Below, in pieces: positions 13,553-27,300 of a stretch of 64,000 nt of DNA (the stretch's first letter is position 1; each line of letters starts with the position of its first letter). This DNA is from Ostrea edulis. Its lineage: Eukaryota. Both the position numbers and the translations under genes were made by a program. The stretch covers positions 6,014,001 to 6,078,000 of the forward strand of contig NC_079166.1 in assembly GCF_947568905.1 (NCBI RefSeq). Reading direction: 5' to 3'. The notes beneath the pieces are model-generated. The model had not been told where the DNA came from and searched no databases. It was given only the letters and a program-made list of their open reading frames with translations.

Positions 13553-16149
13553 AGAGGACGTTCTTGATTTATAACATGTAGAATACTGAAGTAAATGATT
13601 AAAAAACGTGTAGACCAATGTTGTTTGTTTTCTCTAAATCTTGGTATATATTTCTTTTTTAAAGGTCATGTTAAACGGTGATTTGAACCTATTTTATTTT
13701 AGAAGTGAATATTATACAAACATTTTGAACGCAAGTTCTTTCAACTTACGGGGTTCTCACGTTACATGTTATCTACAGAGTTTGTGTTTTCTGGTTGGAA
13801 TACTTCACAAACATAATGAAATGATATGTTGGGTCATAAATTGTATTTTTCAAACAATAGAATTGGCATCAACTTTCTACCTGTACTGTGCACAATTAAA
13901 CTATTAACACGTACACTATCCCTCTTTGATAATCTTACGTTAACAGAGACAGTCGGAGAGACGCAGACAAAGGAAACGTGTTTTTGAGTTTGTTAATCTA
14001 CGGTAATGGTGCAGTGTGCTGTTTTGAATAGCACTATGAAGTTGGGTTAAGGAATAAAGATGTATTCATACTTAAAGGACCTTAAGTTTTTGACAATTTT
14101 CAAATTAGACGGCTTTGAATCATCCAATGCATGACATGGTATTTTGATAAAGAACAGTTCGGTATTAATAGAAATCCGAAATGTGTTTTTGATATTGAAT
14201 TAAATGATTTAAGTTGCTATAATTGAAAACAAGATATGAAACAGGAATGCAGCATTGTCTTTAAAACGTGTGGGGTGGGTGGGGTGGGGTGGCAATGTTC
14301 ACAGTTAAGCATTTTAACTCGGAGTTCCACCGGACTATATGAAGATACCATACAAATTTACTGGTCTGTCCGTCTTCCTGGTGAAGCGCAGGAAGAGAAG
14401 ACCAAGGTGCTGACAACACTAGAGTCTCGTCTGGACTGGGTTGCTCAAAACCTTGGTTAAGCTTAACCAGTGGTTAAATCCCTTGTCCACCTGTTAACTT
14501 TTAGCCATTGGTTAAATTATGTTGCTCAAAAGTTAACCAGTGGTTAAATTCCCTAACCAATGGTTAAATATTGACCAATGTTAACCAATCTGCAGAGGTG
14601 GGATAAGTCATTTAACCAGTGGTTAAACATGACTGCCTACTTAATTGTTTATGCAAACATGATAAAATAACACAAGAAACGGGGAGGAGTTTGTACACAT
14701 TTTAATCATGATTTCACTGAAATAGAGTAAAATAGAAAGTTGAAAAGAACATGACCCACGAACCATGAAAAATGGCCTAGCCTAGGATATTGATAATTTC
14801 CGTATATAATAAGCTTCGGGATATAGGCTTTCTAGAAATGTTTTTCTTTTTTTCATATATTCTATACTTTTTTGTTAATATGACGTTGAATATTGTGGTA
14901 TTTAATGTTAAAAAATTTACATTTCGGGATACACGTCACAACAATAAACCTCCAATGACCATGTACAATGTACATGAACCTATAAATCTCTGAATATATC
15001 AAGTTATATGCACTCAAATAGCTAGAATGGCTTATTCAATGATCATAATAAGCATTTTTGACCAAATTTGGGGAATAGAAATAAGAAATATTTTGAAAAG
15101 GATGTTCAAAGCCGTGATTGTTCAACTTTACTTTTAAATTATTTTTACTTGAATTTTAAAATACTGAAATAAGAAGAATAAATATAGTATGTAGTTTGTT
15201 TACATGGTGAAAGAAGTGAATCATTGGAACAATTCTGTTTCATATCATATTCCATAGTTTTGGGGTTTTTTTGTTTTCTTTCTTTCTTTTTTTTTTTTTT
15301 TAGTATTAAAACGACCGAGTATCGAAAGCAATGGTAACGAAATAAGTTGACACCGCGTCTCGTCAAAACATGTTCAATTCGAATTTACTCGGAATTACAC
15401 GTTCAACGAGCATTTGCTGTGAAACCTGATTAAAGGAAAATTACTGTAGACACCTAATAGTAGGTATCAAATGATCTTTTTGTTACATGTACATGTAGAT
15501 TTCATAGCGTGAATAATAACAACACCACACCGATATAGGGGATCAGAGTCAGTATATTATTGACTCTGAAAATACGATTTGAGAAATGATACTGTATAAA
15601 TTTTACTGTATTTATCTTGATCAATAATTGTATATTCCTATACGTATTAATCATGTAAAGATACTGAGGTCTTTTAACCAACAATTTTTTTAAATGTTTG
15701 TGCAATACATTATTGACTGACAGAACGTAATTCATGAGCTGTGATCTAAAAATCTTCCAGGCATTAATATAGATTTGAATAGAATTACATCTAGATACAT
15801 AATTGAAATAGAATATATCTTAAGGCACTGTAGTTTTAAATTGTTTGGATTATATTGCATTTAGTACATGTAATGTATACATGCTTGTAAATGCCACAGA
15901 ATGAGAAATAATCTAAATTGGCCTATTTTCATAATGTTCCCAAAATAGAAGTATCATGTAGATCTATACAGGAAATAACATTTACAAATTATGTTTGTTG
16001 TTTGTTATTTGCCAGTTAAGTATCATAATGATAATACTACTTGTTCATAATAAGTAATTATTCTGCTAAAATCAAATACCCTTTTTATTGTCAACAAATA
16101 CATCACTGGTAGAAAGGTTATAAAGCTTTTATCTAGCACAAGTTTCCAT

Positions 16150-16820
16150 ATTCTACAGGTTTACATATGTCAGCAAGTCCTCAAAAGCAGCTTTAGGGGT
16201 TCCCAGGAGATTCTGATGCTCACTGTTAGACTTTCACTGTTGTCAAAATCCAACCTTATTTTCTCTTTTCTCAAAACTTCAGCTCTCAAAAACTTGTTTG
16301 ATTAATTATGTCACTCCTGTTTTGTTGAACATGGTGTTGTCAGCAATAGGTTCAAGTTCTTCTATGTCTTGTTGTAGGTGATTTGTACAGAAGCGAGCCC
16401 CGGCAGGAATGATGGCCTCTTTTGAAATGAAGATTTCATGCCTTACTCCTACTGGGACTACAACTAACTTTGGACCTGGTCACTCGCAGATACAACATGA
16501 AGTGTGCCCTCTTGATGTATATGGGGATGGGAGTGATACAGAAGGGGGACTAATTGGAAGAACTGCTGCTGCTGCTGGTGGTGCTGGACTGTCTTGAATC
16601 TGTTGCCTAACCGACTTGATATTCTTCTGTTTAATATGGGAGCAACACACACACTCTGGCATATATTGCACAGAAAATCATGATCAGATGGTGCCCTCCC
16701 TATCAGAGTGGTGATCACTGACCTATATTTCTTTGAAATCCTGGATCTGTGTTTTGGTTTTACTCTCCATGGACAGTTGAAACAGAGAAATAATTAGGGA
16801 CCACTCCTTGGCATATCTGA
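16150..16820 (-). pseudogene. Decayed PHIS (ISL2EU/Harbinger-like) transposase N-terminal region
   Basis: Frameshifted and stop-interrupted peptides CFNCPWRVKPK..FLCNICQSVC, SCCICE*PGPKLVVVP..IIPAGARFCTNHL and RLDFDNSESL..QNLLGTPKAAFEDLLTYV resemble bivalve DDE_Tnp_4-family proteins (recalled similarity, not searched). Confidence 0.55.
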
Positions 16821-17138
16821 AATATTTATGTCATATACATGTAATTAAAATATACAATTTGGGTTGGATGAAAATCTTATCTTCATGTTAAAACCCATTA
16901 GCCTAGGTTATTTTTCCTAAAATCTAATTATAAATCAATTAACTTGTTAATTAATGCTTGGTGAATCAATTAATAAATTGTATTCAAAAACTTGGAATTA
17001 TTTTTTTTCCACTAATAAACTGAAAATGTGTATCTTCAAATGTTTTGTTGATTAATGTCAGTGTGACATATAGAGGGGGTATGGGGTTTACAACAATGTA
17101 TATTACATGGTTAATTTATTTCTATTATGTAGTCCATG

Positions 17139-17239
17139 TAAATTTCTGTGGAAATGAGGAAGTTATTTATATTCGGTCTTTCCTATCCCGGGGTAGGAAA
17201 GACCGAATATAAATAACCCCCTCGTTTCCACGGAAATTA
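17139..17239. mobile_element. 101-bp fold-back MITE with 8-bp TSD
   Basis: The whole element is an imperfect palindrome with a perfect 24-bp core (17162-17185 / 17194-17217), flanked by AGTCCATG direct repeats (17131-17138, 17240-17247). Confidence 0.8.
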
Positions 17240-18223
17240 AGTCCATGAGAGCCTGAAATCTCCCAACCTGGGTCTGTTTAATGGACCCTTCCAAAGTCCT
17301 TTTTTAAGGAAAAAGTAAACCATTTTCCTAATCCAAAAAGAAAACTGGTGCAAAAACCATGCACATCTCCATACATGAAATGATATAAATAATAGAAAAA
17401 TTATCAGTAGTATTGTAATACATTTTCGGGGGGTGGGGGTTTGCCGTTTCACCTTTATAGATTGTTTTTTTTTTTCTTTCTTCCTAACATTTAAAACATA
17501 TCTTTTCAATATCAATTTTGTCTATAGCACAAAATAAATATTCTAAAATCAATTAAAGCGTTTGATTTTCGTGTGTATATATAAAACAAAACGAAAGAGA
17601 AAAAAACTAGGATCCTCCACTAGTAAACTATGTTTTCCATTTAGAGTTATTGCCCTTCAATCGAAAAAAAGTAAATATAATTAAGAGAATACTCTTATTA
17701 CATTTCAACACAAGTTGTGTCAAATATTATTTAACAAGATATATTTTGATACGTATTTAAATTGACCTACTTCATTAACAACAAACTTTCTGTGTGTTTT
17801 TGTAGGTTTCTTTCCACGTATATACAAGGGACTTATGAATTTACGAACTTAAATAGTAGAAGTTGAAAACAAAACAACAATATTGTTTGATCTCCGTTTG
17901 AGCGTTCAAATTCTCAAGTACAAATGTAAAATAGATAGAGCTTACAGCCGTGTTTGACATTGCCGTAATATTCGGACATTTGTTAATGTAACATGTTGCT
18001 ACAACTTTACAGTTATAATTGACAGACTTCATATTTTATAAGAAAATTTGAACTGTAGCCTATATTAATTAAACGTACATAATTTGTAAAAATTATGAGA
18101 ACCAATGGACAAATTCATACGATAGATCATACTGTCTGAATATATATCGCACATCTCCATGCGTAATACATGCGTACATGCTGGGTCTGTATAATTGAAA
18201 TGTTTACTGGGGTATTTCTAGAG

Positions 18224-18259
<36 letters not shown>

Positions 18260-20621
18260 CTATACGGCACCGATTGTGGTGAGGGCCTGTCCTTTTTGAC
18301 GTTTGTCTAACTTTAGATTATTCTAACTAGGGTATTCCGTATGGCCGAGTAAGTTTGTACTGTACGTTTGATTCGAACATTCATTCTGTTTCGAACAATA
18401 TCATTTTTAAAGTAACAAAAGGTAGGGAAATCGGTACTTTTAAAGCCATCGGAACGGACTTCGGAATCAAACATACACGATAGGTTACCCCCCCCCCCCC
18501 CTCCCCTGTACCTTTTTACCATAGGCCATGACTCTCATATTTACTCGTTTAGATATTGATTTTTTAGTTTAAAAAATATATAAGAACATAAAAACTCACC
18601 TCTTTGCTGTTTCTTTTTGAGTCGTATCAACTGTGTTAGGTGTATGTATTGACTTCCTTGGAATCTGACGTTTCCAGACGATACTTTTGTTATCATTATT
18701 TTTTTTTTCGACATGGCCGCATTGCTTACGAGTTAATTTTTTTGATGGAAAGTGTTAATCGAACTTTGCATTTTAATTTTAGTTTACAAAATTGAATCGT
18801 GAGTAATGCGGCCCATGTGAATTTATAGACTGAAGTTGGCAAATTTATGCGATTTTCCCGGAAAACGTGAAACTGCGGTAGGTTTGGGCATTTACTTGAG
18901 TGCTTTAAACATCTGGTGTGAGGAAACGATTGCGCAATACAACTTGGCTCATGTTATGGATAAAAAATATAATCTTAGATTTATTCTAAAGTGTTCTTTA
19001 ATTTTTCCAAATTTGGTAGGCCAAAAATGGCATATTGTGGGTCATGTTCTTTGCTAAAGAATCAGTCAGGTACATCACAGATCTCGTAGAGCCCCAGCTG
19101 TGCCGTCTCACCATGTTTTCATTGTAAGATATCGTTTGGTTTCCTACAACATTAAGAAAACTTATAATTATCATGTAATTCAATGCATCTCTTTCTTTAA
19201 CAACATGAATTAAATTTAAAGATTTGACAAATTCATAACCAGGATACATAGGTGCAGTCACCGGGGTAGGGGAGTAAGGGGGGTCATGGGGAAGGGGGGA
19301 ATAAATTGAGCCCCTTTATCCCTAAGTTTACTGCCGTAGTAAACCAATTCCTAACCATGCCTTTATGTTTGCCCCCCCCCCCCCACCCCCTTACGCTAAA
19401 GTCAGCTGTTTATTTATATACCTATTTCATTCAGCTTATTGAACCAATCAAATCACAACATTATTTGTTTATTTTTAAACAAACAAATACAACTTTAAAA
19501 ACTACACAATTTTTGCTAAATTGATCATTAAATTGATTTAAGCTAAATGGAGTTATTAATCATGTACACACATACTTTGTATTGTACATAAATATTTATT
19601 TATTTTATCAGTTCCATTTGTTTATCTTTGATATTTCAAAAAGAAACTTAAACATTAATGTTAGGATTTTATTTATGCGTTTCAATTAACTGAAAGCAAA
19701 CAAGTAGTCTTAGTAGATTAAAGACAGGTTGCGCACGTGTGATCATTTAATTAGGTGTAAAAACACAATGTGGACAGGTGGAGTTGAGAACTTAAGAATT
19801 TCATGCCGTTGTCTAAGTTAAGTAAACCGTAAAGAAATAATACATGAAAGAATGTAATAATCATCAATCCTGTCACAATTTAATCCTAAGGGATAATTTT
19901 TACTTCTGTGAAAAAAAAACCTCCTAAAAACCACCACCACCACCACCCCCCAAAAACACCCCAGGTACTTGATATAAAATAACACACATATTAGATAAGA
20001 TACTTACATGTGGATGATCAAAGAGGTAGGGGTACAGTACACTAGTGTTTTTAATTTATCATGCTAATGCGTACAAAATTAACTATGGGGTCGAAAGTGG
20101 TGAAGACAATAGTTTCTCTGAAGAATATCTATTGCATATATGTGATGTCAAGTAGAAATAATCAAATGGGATTGAAGTTTTAAAACATCGAATTCAGTCT
20201 ATTAAGATTTATATATGCAAAATATTTTTCAACTTTCGAGATTGAATCAATTGTATGAGGACCCAAATACTACTGGAGCTAACTGTTAGATTACAGTGAC
20301 CTTCACATTGTGGGTTGGTCTAAGAATAGATCGACTTGTTTTAGCTATTCCAACATTATCATGTACGTGTGCAGATTATTTTAATTATGCCTACTTTATG
20401 TGATGCTTTCACTGAAAATTTATCTTGTTGGATTAAAAGTTACAACTTCGTGTTAGGTGTACCAGAGGAAAAACAATTTAGAAGCCGGTTTGCAAAGGAA
20501 ATACTCAACTTGCAAATTTCCTCTGACTAAAATGTATTTCAATTCTCAGTATTTGTATTAGGAAAAGTGCAGTTTTGCTTTACTTGAGTTTAAATAATAC
20601 AATAATGTAGGCCTACCGTAA

Positions 20622-20970
20622 ATACCGAGACCTCCATCCTCAACTCCTCCTGAAATCTCGATGAATAAAGTCACTGATACCCGGTGGATCTAAATCATTT
20701 TCTATGAGACAGGGTCGAGTAGCAAAGGAGGTGGACACCCTCCAGTTTATATTCAGTGAGTTGTCTACATACAGTTTCTTTTTCTTTTCCTTTCAAACAA
20801 GTCTTCCTGTACATCTCTTTTACATTCTCAACTGTTTACCCCTCCCCTTTTTTTTCTTTTCGAGTTAACAGCATCGGTTGACTTCAGAATATATAACTTG
20901 TACAATTAAGAATAGTGTCTCATTTGGTGAAAAGTTCGCTGTCCGCTTCAGTAACATTTGCAGCAGCCAT
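20622..20970 (-). pseudogene. Decayed Myb/SANT-like DNA-binding gene of the Harbinger element
   Basis: MAAANVTE..RTANFSPNETLFLI..STDAVNSKRKK..TGGCPPPLLLDPVS*KMI..FIEISGGVEDGG with frameshifts; typical of the Harbinger second ORF (Myb_DNA-bind_5-like, TGGG motif). Confidence 0.7.
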
Positions 20971-21650
20971 TATTGTTTACATGTTCAGACAACCATTGTT
21001 GAATTATGGGATACTAACCACTGGTTAAATTCGCTTAATCGTTGGCTTTAAGCCCTAGGGCTAAACTAACTTTGAGCAACATAATTTTGACCAGTGGTTG
21101 ATTACCCAGTGGATAGTAAATCTAACCAGTGGTTAGCTTAACCACTGGTTAAATTTAACCAAGGTTTTGAGCAACCCAGTCCTGATAGATAAGGGCATAT
21201 TAAGTATCTGACATCTTAATGCAGGTATTGTTTAAATTTTGTGTCGTACCCAATATATTTTCTTACTTTAATGAGAACCATGAAACAGATATTTTCCTTG
21301 CAAAATCTATCATGTGATTTATCTTCAAATTTCGTACAATGTCTTCGTCTGCAATGTTAAGAAAGTATTTCAACAATCTGTCTCCTCCTCGTCATAATTA
21401 AATCCATCAGTTACAAAAAGTACCACGTACACTTCAATAACCTTGTGAATAAGAACACAGCGTAACAAAATACTATCAGATAAAAACATCGCCCATCTGT
21501 TGCTATTTCAAATTGTGAAATTTACTTCAACTGAATAATAATCAAAGGTTAGCTATGGTGAAAAGTTTGATATCTCAACTCCATTGTTAATTACAGTCCA
21601 TGCGTTTCTGTGGTTTACTACGGTGAAACGTTTTACTACCGTAGCTGAAG

Positions 21651-24200
21651 AGACACTGTATTTATATATTGTACATTGTAAACTGTCATCATAGACATCA
21701 TAATTATCTGTTGTACATTGTAAACTATCGTCATATACACTGTAATTATCTGTTGTATTTTGCAAACTATCGTCATATACACTGTAGTTATCTATTGTAC
21801 ATTGTAAACTATAGAAGTAGACACGGTAATTATCTGTTGTATTTTGTAAACTATAGACGTAGACACTGTAATTATCTATTGTACATTGTAAACTATAGAA
21901 GTAGACACGGTAATTATCTGTTGTATTTTGTAAACTATATACGTAGACACTGTAATTATCTATTGTACAGTGTAAACTATAGACGTAGACACTGTAATTA
22001 TCTATTGTACATTGTAAACTATAGACGTAGACACTGTAATTATCTATTGTACATTGTAAACTATCGACATAGACACTATAATTATCTATTGTACATTGTA
22101 AACTATAGACACAGACACTGTAATTATCTATTGTACAGTGTAAACTATAGACACAGACACTGTAATTATCTATTGTACAGTGTAAACTATAGACGTAGAC
22201 ACGGTAATTATCTATTGTACATTGTAAACTATCGACATAGACACTGTATTTATCTATTGTACATTGTAAACTATCGACATAGACACTGTAATTATCTATT
22301 GTACAGTGTAAACTATAGACATAGACACTGTAATTATCTGTTGTATTTTGTAAACTATATACGTAGACACTGTAATTATCTATTGTACAGTGTAAACTAT
22401 AGACGTAGACACGGTAATTATCTATTGTACAGTGTAAACTATAGACATAGACACTGTAATTATCTATTGTACAGTGTAAACTATCGACATAGACACTGTA
22501 ATTATCTATTGTACATTGTAAACTATAGACGTAGACACTGTAATTATCTATTGTACAGTGTAAACTATAGACATAGACACTGTAATTATCTGTTGTACAT
22601 TGTAAACTATCGACGTAGACACTGTAATTATCTGTTGTACAGTGTAAACTATAGACATAGACACTGTAATTATCTATTGTACAGTGTAAACTATCGACAT
22701 AGACACTGTAATTATCTATTGTACAGTGTAAACTATAGACATATACACTGTAATTATCTATTGTACAGTGTAAACTATAGACATAGACACTGTAATTATC
22801 TATTGTACATTGTAAACTATCGACGTAGACACTGTAATTATCTATTGTACAGTGTAAACTATCGACATAGACACTGTAATTATCTATTGTACAGTGTAAA
22901 CTATAGACATAGACACTGTAATTATCTATTGTACAGTGTAAACTATCGACATAGACACTGTAATTATCTATTGTACATTGTAAACTATCGACATAGACAC
23001 TATAATTATCTATTGTACAGTGTAAACTATAGACATAGACACTGTAATTATCTATTGTACAGTGTAAACTATAGACATAGACACTGTAATTATCTATTGT
23101 ACATTGTAAACTATCGACGTAGACACTGTAATTATCTATTGTACAGTGTAAACTATCGACATAGACACTGTAATTATCTATTGTACAGTGTAAACTATAG
23201 ACATAGACACTGTAATTATCTATTGTACATTGTAAACTATCGACATAGACACTGCAATTATCTATTGTACAGTGTAAACTATAGACATAGACACTGTAAT
23301 TATCTGTTGTATTTTGTAAACTATCGACATGTACACTGTATTTATCTATTGTACATTGTAAACTATCGACATAGACACTGTAATTATCTTTTGTACATTG
23401 TAAACTATCATCATAGACACGGTAATTATCTGTTGTATTTTGTAAACTATATACGTAGACACTGTAATTATCTATTGTACAGTGTAAACTATAGACGTAG
23501 ACACTGTAATTATCTATTGTACAGTGTAAACTATAGACATAGACACTATAATTATCTATTGTACATTGTAAACTATAGACGTAGACACTGTAATTATCTA
23601 TTGTACAGTGTAAACTATAGACATAGACACTGTAATTATCTATTGTACATTGTAAACTATAGACGTAGACACTGTAATTATCTATTGTACAGTGTAAACT
23701 ATAGACATAGACACTGTAATTATCTATTGTACATTGTAAACTATAGACGTAGACATTGTAATTATCTATTGTACATTGTAAACTATCGACATAGACACTG
23801 TAATTATCTATTGTACATTGTAAACTATCGTCATATACACTGTAATTATCTATTGTACATTGTAAACTATAGACGTAAACACTGTAATCATCTATTGTAC
23901 AGTGTAAACTATAGACGTAGACACTGTAATTATCTATTGTACAGTGTAAACTATAGACGTAAACACTGTAATCATCTATTGTACAGTGTAAACTATAGAC
24001 GTAAACACTGTAATCATCTATTGTACAGTGTAAACTATAGACGTAGACACTGTAATTATCTATTGTACATTGTAAACTATCGTCATATACACTGTAATTA
24101 TCTATTGTACATTGTAAACTATAGACGTAAACACTGTAATTATCTATTGTACATTGTAAACTATCGTCAATCACTGTAATTATATGTTGTATTTTGTAAA
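21651..24200. repeat. 42-bp minisatellite, about 60 copies
   Basis: Unit TGTAAACTATAGACATAGACACTGTAATTATCTATTGTACAG with substitution-only variants; it generates the 884-aa and 836-aa repeat ORFs. Confidence 0.97.
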
Positions 24201-24850
24201 CAATCATCAGGTACTTTTGGTCATTTGCGATTATTCAATATTTACAATTTTTCACGAGGTCATGAAAAATTGTAAATACTGAATAACCGTGTCCATAATA
24301 CTTCTCATTACCAGCTCGTTAGAGTTATCGCACTTTGATGACTCTTGTGCGTCATTGGTAAGAAAATGGACAAGTCTCGGGAGCAAGTGCAATATTACTG
24401 GGACATAAACAAAACGTTCATAGCAGCCTCCCCCTCCTCTTTAAGAGTTGAAATACATGTTGTATTTTTAAAGAACGTAACCATTGATCAAACTGCATTT
24501 TTCAAATATTCGAACACCATTTTATTAAAGATGGTACTTGTTTTTTAAAACTCCACCACACCTATTTTAAAAATTTCAAACAACGATGATCTCTGTCCCA
24601 AGTACATCAATATTTTATAATTTTCAAAATAGCTTCGATGCAGTTGGGAAACGCATTAGCTGTGTTAATTAGTGTTATAAACGTCTAAAAAATTCAGTTT
24701 GGCATATATATAACTTGTTCTAAATTATGGGAATTGAGGGGGGTGTACGTGTACGATTACCAAGTCCATGTCATATGAACCTGTCCTAATTGTATGATAA
24801 AATAGAATGTCTTCATAGTCTGACAGAATAACTTTAAAAACATATCAATC

Positions 24851-25172
24851 CAGGGCCGTAAATTAACCTTCAATTTGGAGGAGGCAGGGAATTAGGCGGG
24901 GGTCTGGGGGCCGCCCAGGCACCCAGACGCTCAGCACATTTTGTGCACACTGAACACGTTTCGTGCAAAATCCTTGATTCTAGGGCCTTCTAAGATGTTA
25001 CTTGACTAACTCATTCTAAAAGAAAGATTTGGAATGCTTTTTAAGGGAGGTATCATGTTCTTAGTTATTGGAAACAACATAAATTCTAATGAACTTTAAA
25101 TTTTAATTTTTTTTGGCTCAAAAGTTGGAGGAGGCAGCTGCCTCCTCCGCCTCCATGTAATTTACGGCCCTG
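24851..25172. mobile_element. 322-bp MITE with hAT-like TIRs and 5-bp TSD
   Basis: TIR CAGGGCCGTAAATTA / TAATTTACGGCCCTG; CAATC duplicated at 24846-24850 and 25173-25177; the empty site is visible in the paralogous block near 54320. Confidence 0.9.
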
Positions 25173-26949
25173 CAATCCCATTAATTACAAGAAAAGTTCT
25201 TGTGATGGATGTGCATATAGGTTTTTCCCTTCACAGTTCTCCTTGCGATTGATGCTTTGTATCGGTCAGATTTGGCAAATTTAGTACCTTCTCTCCCTCA
25301 CATAGTTAAATACGTTCGTCTGTTTTCTTGTAAAAATAATCAATTCCTAAATTTGACTTTAGAATTTTAATCAGTGTTGTGGTTTACAGTCGGTTATAAT
25401 ATGTATTCGATACCATAATTTATATTACGTGTGCCTAAGTAATGTGTTTACATTATGTTGTCCCGGCAGCACGACTTTACGCGCCTTTAATTTGAAGAGT
25501 TCCAATAATGGAAATGATAAGTTTTACTGAGTATATATTGCAAAAAATACATACATTGCAAATTAATTTATCGACAGGGGATTCTTACTCCTCCTAGGTA
25601 CATGATCCCATCTCTGGTGTGTCCAGGGGTCCGTGTTTGCCCAAGTATCTATTTTGTATTGTTTATGGGAGTTATAAGATTGATCACTGTTCGTGATCTT
25701 CACCTTTCACGAATTAAAAAGTATTTGCTATCAACATTTACAATAGACTTTGCTTTAGACACATAATTACTGCATAGACTAAAGAGGGGGAAGTATATGT
25801 ACATGCAAATATTTAGTTATCGTTTTCAACACAACGTTTAAGCATCGATGTGTAATCGTGTGAATGGCTGGCTCTGATGAAGATTGAAATACTCCATATC
25901 AATGATTATTGCATTTCATCAATGTCAAATATTACATTGACCACGTGATCTGTGTAAAACGAAATGAATTGCATGTACCACGTTATACATGTAGCTAACC
26001 CTTGATACTTAATGCTTCTGGGTGTTCTATCAGATATCATTAAACTGCGTGGAAGTTTACGTCAAGCTGGTTGAATCATTGTAAGATCCTCAAAGGTAAT
26101 TTCAACGTGGCATCTTCGTCATCCAAAAGTGACGCTCCAGTGTCTGAGAATCAGTGTGGAGCATCAACCTTGGCAAACGAAGATATCAATATGGAATCGA
26201 TTATTTCGATATATACCGAATATAATAAAGGCATCAGTTCTCGTCTCTTTTGGTACAACTCTGAGGGCGGATTTACAGTTACAGAACGCACATTTGATGG
26301 TAGATTGAATAGCAAATACAAATGGACAGAAACATACAATTGATTTGCCTTTGTTTTTGTATCGAAGTGTAAGTTCAATGTGCCTGTTAGACAGTCTGCA
26401 CTTGTTGCATATTTGGCTTTTGTCATGATCTTTTCATGTAAGTACTTGAGCATTGTTGAAAATTTTCTCTGTAAGTTTAAGTTGTTGTTTACATAAACAC
26501 CGTCCACAATTCATAGGAAGCCCCGTACTTGTTTACGTTTATTCACTAGCTGCATGTTGGAATCAATTACTTGCGATCGTTATTAAGACTGCATACTAGG
26601 AGTAATACTTAGCATAAAATATCAGAGACAAATAATCATGGAAAGTCTAATAATTGATAAGAAAAAGCAATAGGAAGGAGCAATTGGCAATCTAATTAAA
26701 ATTAGATCCTATGATCCGCTCATCTACTATCGCTACACTAGGTGTCAAACTCTGTTGAGATTGCTTCATTTTGGCTAGTTAATAGACTTGTACTACTATA
26801 AAAAAGGATTCCAAAGTTTTAAGTATACCACATGCACAATTATATTATACTTCAGTTATATATTAATACATTTTAGCAGAGTGTCTTGATTCTATCCATT
26901 ATGTGGAAATGTTTCATTCATAATCTGCAAACAAGACCAAAGACTTAGA

Positions 26950-27300
26950 CAGACAAAACATCTGCTCTGGGAAGTTCAGATTGCGATGTCTGGATAATTA
27001 TTGATGCATGTGCTCTGGGCATTGGATTGGACATTCAGGGACTTCATTCGCTTGTATGGAGCTCCACAAATGACAGGAGACATCCGACAAGGAATAGTCT
27101 TTTTGGAAGGGGTGGCATTCCATCAAGAGCAATATCATTATTGCAACACAATTCATACAATGTACGCGATATTGATTTTGATGTAAAATTGAAAAGTGTC
27201 ATTCGTGATACCAGATGCAGAGTACTTTCCATCATAAAGTCATTGTTGATATACTCTGAACTAGATAAAATTCATAGCAAATGTATTGTTGATTAGTTGT
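26950..27300 (+). pseudogene. Decayed RecQ-like SF2 helicase C-terminal fragment, possibly from an AcademH-type transposon
   Basis: Across frameshifts: VWIIIDACALGIGLDIQGL (motif V-like), YGAPQMTGDIRQ and GRGGIPSRAISL (motif VI-like), then DTRCRVLSI. Confidence 0.5.

Larger units (their letters stand above)
14434..21181. mobile_element. PIF/Harbinger-type DNA transposon (6748 bp, decayed)
   Basis: TIRs GACTGGGTTGCTCAAAACCTTGGTTAA / TTAACCAAGGTTTTGAGCAACCCAGTC; 3-bp CTG target duplication (14431-14433, 21182-21184); repeated TTAACCAGTGGTTAA subterminal motifs; internal Myb/SANT remnant; absent from duplication copy 2. Confidence 0.9.
6790..26210 (+). other. Segmental duplication copy 1 (paralogous to about 30620-44690; parts also to 53340-54500 and 56250-60760)
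   Basis: Colinear matches of upstream DNA, 36-bp repeat, promoter, exons, introns and downstream flank (e.g. 6790~30620, 13920~42200, 21190~43280, 26210~44690), interrupted by copy-specific insertions. Confidence 0.9.

Noticed and set aside
21553-24207. 884-aa (minus) and 836-aa (plus) ORFs as repeat proteins
   Set aside because: Both are by-products of an indel-free 42-bp unit that lacks stops in those frames. There are no splice or signal features, and the paralogous locus at 43735-43890 has only a few degenerate units.
26040-26343. Conserved coding exon shared by the duplicated blocks (26071-26343 vs 44550-44690)
   Set aside because: The paralogous copy has a 2-nt frameshifting indel and diverges after about 26210, so there is no sign of coding constraint.
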